Shown: piece after piece, positions 62,388 to 64,000 of the stretch
How the letters are laid out: every line of letters begins with the position of its first letter
Numbering within the stretch: position 1 is the first letter of the stretch
Assembly: GCA_964016885.1 (NCBI GenBank)
Contig: OZ024743.1
Span: 354,950,001-355,014,000 of the forward strand
DNA length: 64,000 nucleotides
Direction of reading: 5' to 3'
From: Eledone cirrhosa
Lineage: Eukaryota
Program-made: the position numbers and the translations under genes
Notes under the pieces: generated by a model
What the model saw: the letters and a program-made list of their open reading frames with translations, nothing else
Databases searched by the model: none
What the model was told of the DNA's origin: nothing

Positions 62388-64000
62388 GCTTTCTTTATTA
62401 ACCACAAGGGTTTACATAAAGTAGACATTAAGGACAGTACAGGGCAATACAGGACGGTACAAATGGGCATTTCTGCGTGTAAAAAACAAGAAACAGAGGA
62501 TGTATTAATAGAACAATGAAAAAATTCCCCAATAGGGGGGATACTTCCAAGGGACATTCGTGGAGAAAGCCCATTAAAAAGCCACAGTGACGCTGACCAC
62601 CAAAGCAAGTACCCTCTCCCAGTTTTCCACCTTTAATTTACAGACACATACTCAGAGTAGGCCCATTCACTCGGGCCATACTTGCTTCTCTCACCCATCT
62701 TTCAACAAAATGCTGGGAAGAGAGCACTTCCCTCTCTACCCTGATTTTCCTTTTCAAATGAAATTTAAAAAAGTTAATCAGTGTATCACAGAAGAGGTAA
62801 GTGCTCGTCTTTAGCCCTTTCAAACGTGTCCACCATACTATCTCTTTCGCCATGGCCACCAGACAGATAAAAACTGCTGCCCTTTCTGGCTAAAGGAGGA
62901 GGGCGGGGCAATCCACACGATGGACTCAGCTGATAGCTGGATCCGTCCCACACACGACAGCAGGTTCCGACATAAACCCACAAGTCAGCAATGCTCGGAC
63001 ACTGGACGAGTGCGTACAGGACGGTTTCGTCGCCCTGCGCGCATCTCGGACATGCCCGGCTGACGGCACCTCCATGCCTGTAGAGTTTATCCCGAACTGG
63101 CAAAGCTCCTCGGTAGCACTGCCAGGCCAGGGATTTCTGGAAGTTGTCCATAGGCCCCGGCCCGAAAGTTGAAAAGATTGGCTAGTTGATTTTCGTCGAC
63201 GCCTAGAGTTTCCCCAAGTACGTCGTCGCTCTTCCCCTCCACTAATCCTCTATAGAACGCCAAGGTGGAGTTTCAACGGATCACATTGCCCGATTGGTCG
63301 AGGGCTGTGAGCGCCTGAAGACATTCCAGTCTCCAAGCGCTCCCTCACGGTCTTCGCTTGACCCAGGACTGCAGCTCCGTCAAGGAGACGAGCTGGGGAA
63401 AGACGCGTCTAGCAAACGGAGACCACACCTGATCACCGTCGAAGAAGAGGTGGAGATGTCATAGCCTGAGCGCGTGTCTGCACATCATCAGCCACGGCAT
63501 TCCCAGCCATCCACGTAGCGGGTGTTGACAGCAGATGGACCGCCTGACCATCGAAGCGCGTCCCTTCCACAAAAAGCGAAAGAGCAAACGCTCCAGCGCA
63601 GTCAGGCGGGGCTTAGGACAAGGTACCACGGTCAGGCGGTAGTAGATGACGGACGCGATAAACGCGTTAGCCACCTCCGCTCGACCTTTCACGGATAGCT
63701 TCCTCTCGGCCCATTTCTGGGTGTGAGAAGCCACCCTGCTTGTCACCTCGTCCCAGTTTTTGTCCGTCTGGAGATCCGGACCGAACCAGACCCCGAGCAA
63801 TTTAACCGGTCCGTCCGTCCAGCGCCCAACGACGCTGTTGGACTGTATGGACCTCCCTCTCCAGGTGCCGAGCTGTAGGCCCACTGACTTTTGTTGGTTG
63901 ATCATTGCTCCTGTCAACGCTTCGTATTCTCTTGGCCAAAATCTTGAACACTGTATTTAGCAGACTTATGGGCCTAAAATCATCTGTTATCCCCCTTGTT
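62388..64000 (-). mobile_element. Diverged, disrupted Tx1-clade copy (same family as the tandem), runs off the window
   Basis: 3' UTR and ORF2 C-terminus are homologous to 34993-37150; frameshifts and a ~524-nt deletion near 63933 that removes YADD. Confidence 0.95.

Overview
This is a gene-free, eukaryotic, transposon-dense window. The very dense (TA)n/(CA)n/(GA)n/(AAT)n microsatellites suggest a cephalopod (octopus-like) genome, which is an inference from composition only. Bases 1-29.7 kb are microsatellite desert with decayed elements: piggyBac-like, R4-like, Tx1-like, and many Penelope-like (PLE) pieces with inverted pLTRs and minimal hammerhead ribozymes, mostly next to (TA)n. Bases 29.8-64 kb are an almost continuous pile-up of non-LTR retrotransposons joined through (AAT)n tracts. 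These comprise three intact, near-identical, full-length 6-kb Tx1/L1-clade elements in head-to-tail tandem on the minus strand, each ending in (ATT)n; older and decayed Tx1 relatives; and one intact plus three 5'-truncated R4/Dong-clade RLE elements from two families on the plus strand, ending in (TAA)n. The main signal is that two unrelated retrotransposon lineages (APE vs restriction-like endonuclease) use the same trinucleotide microsatellite from opposite strands. Nearly all short ORFs in the track are microsatellite or antisense artefacts.
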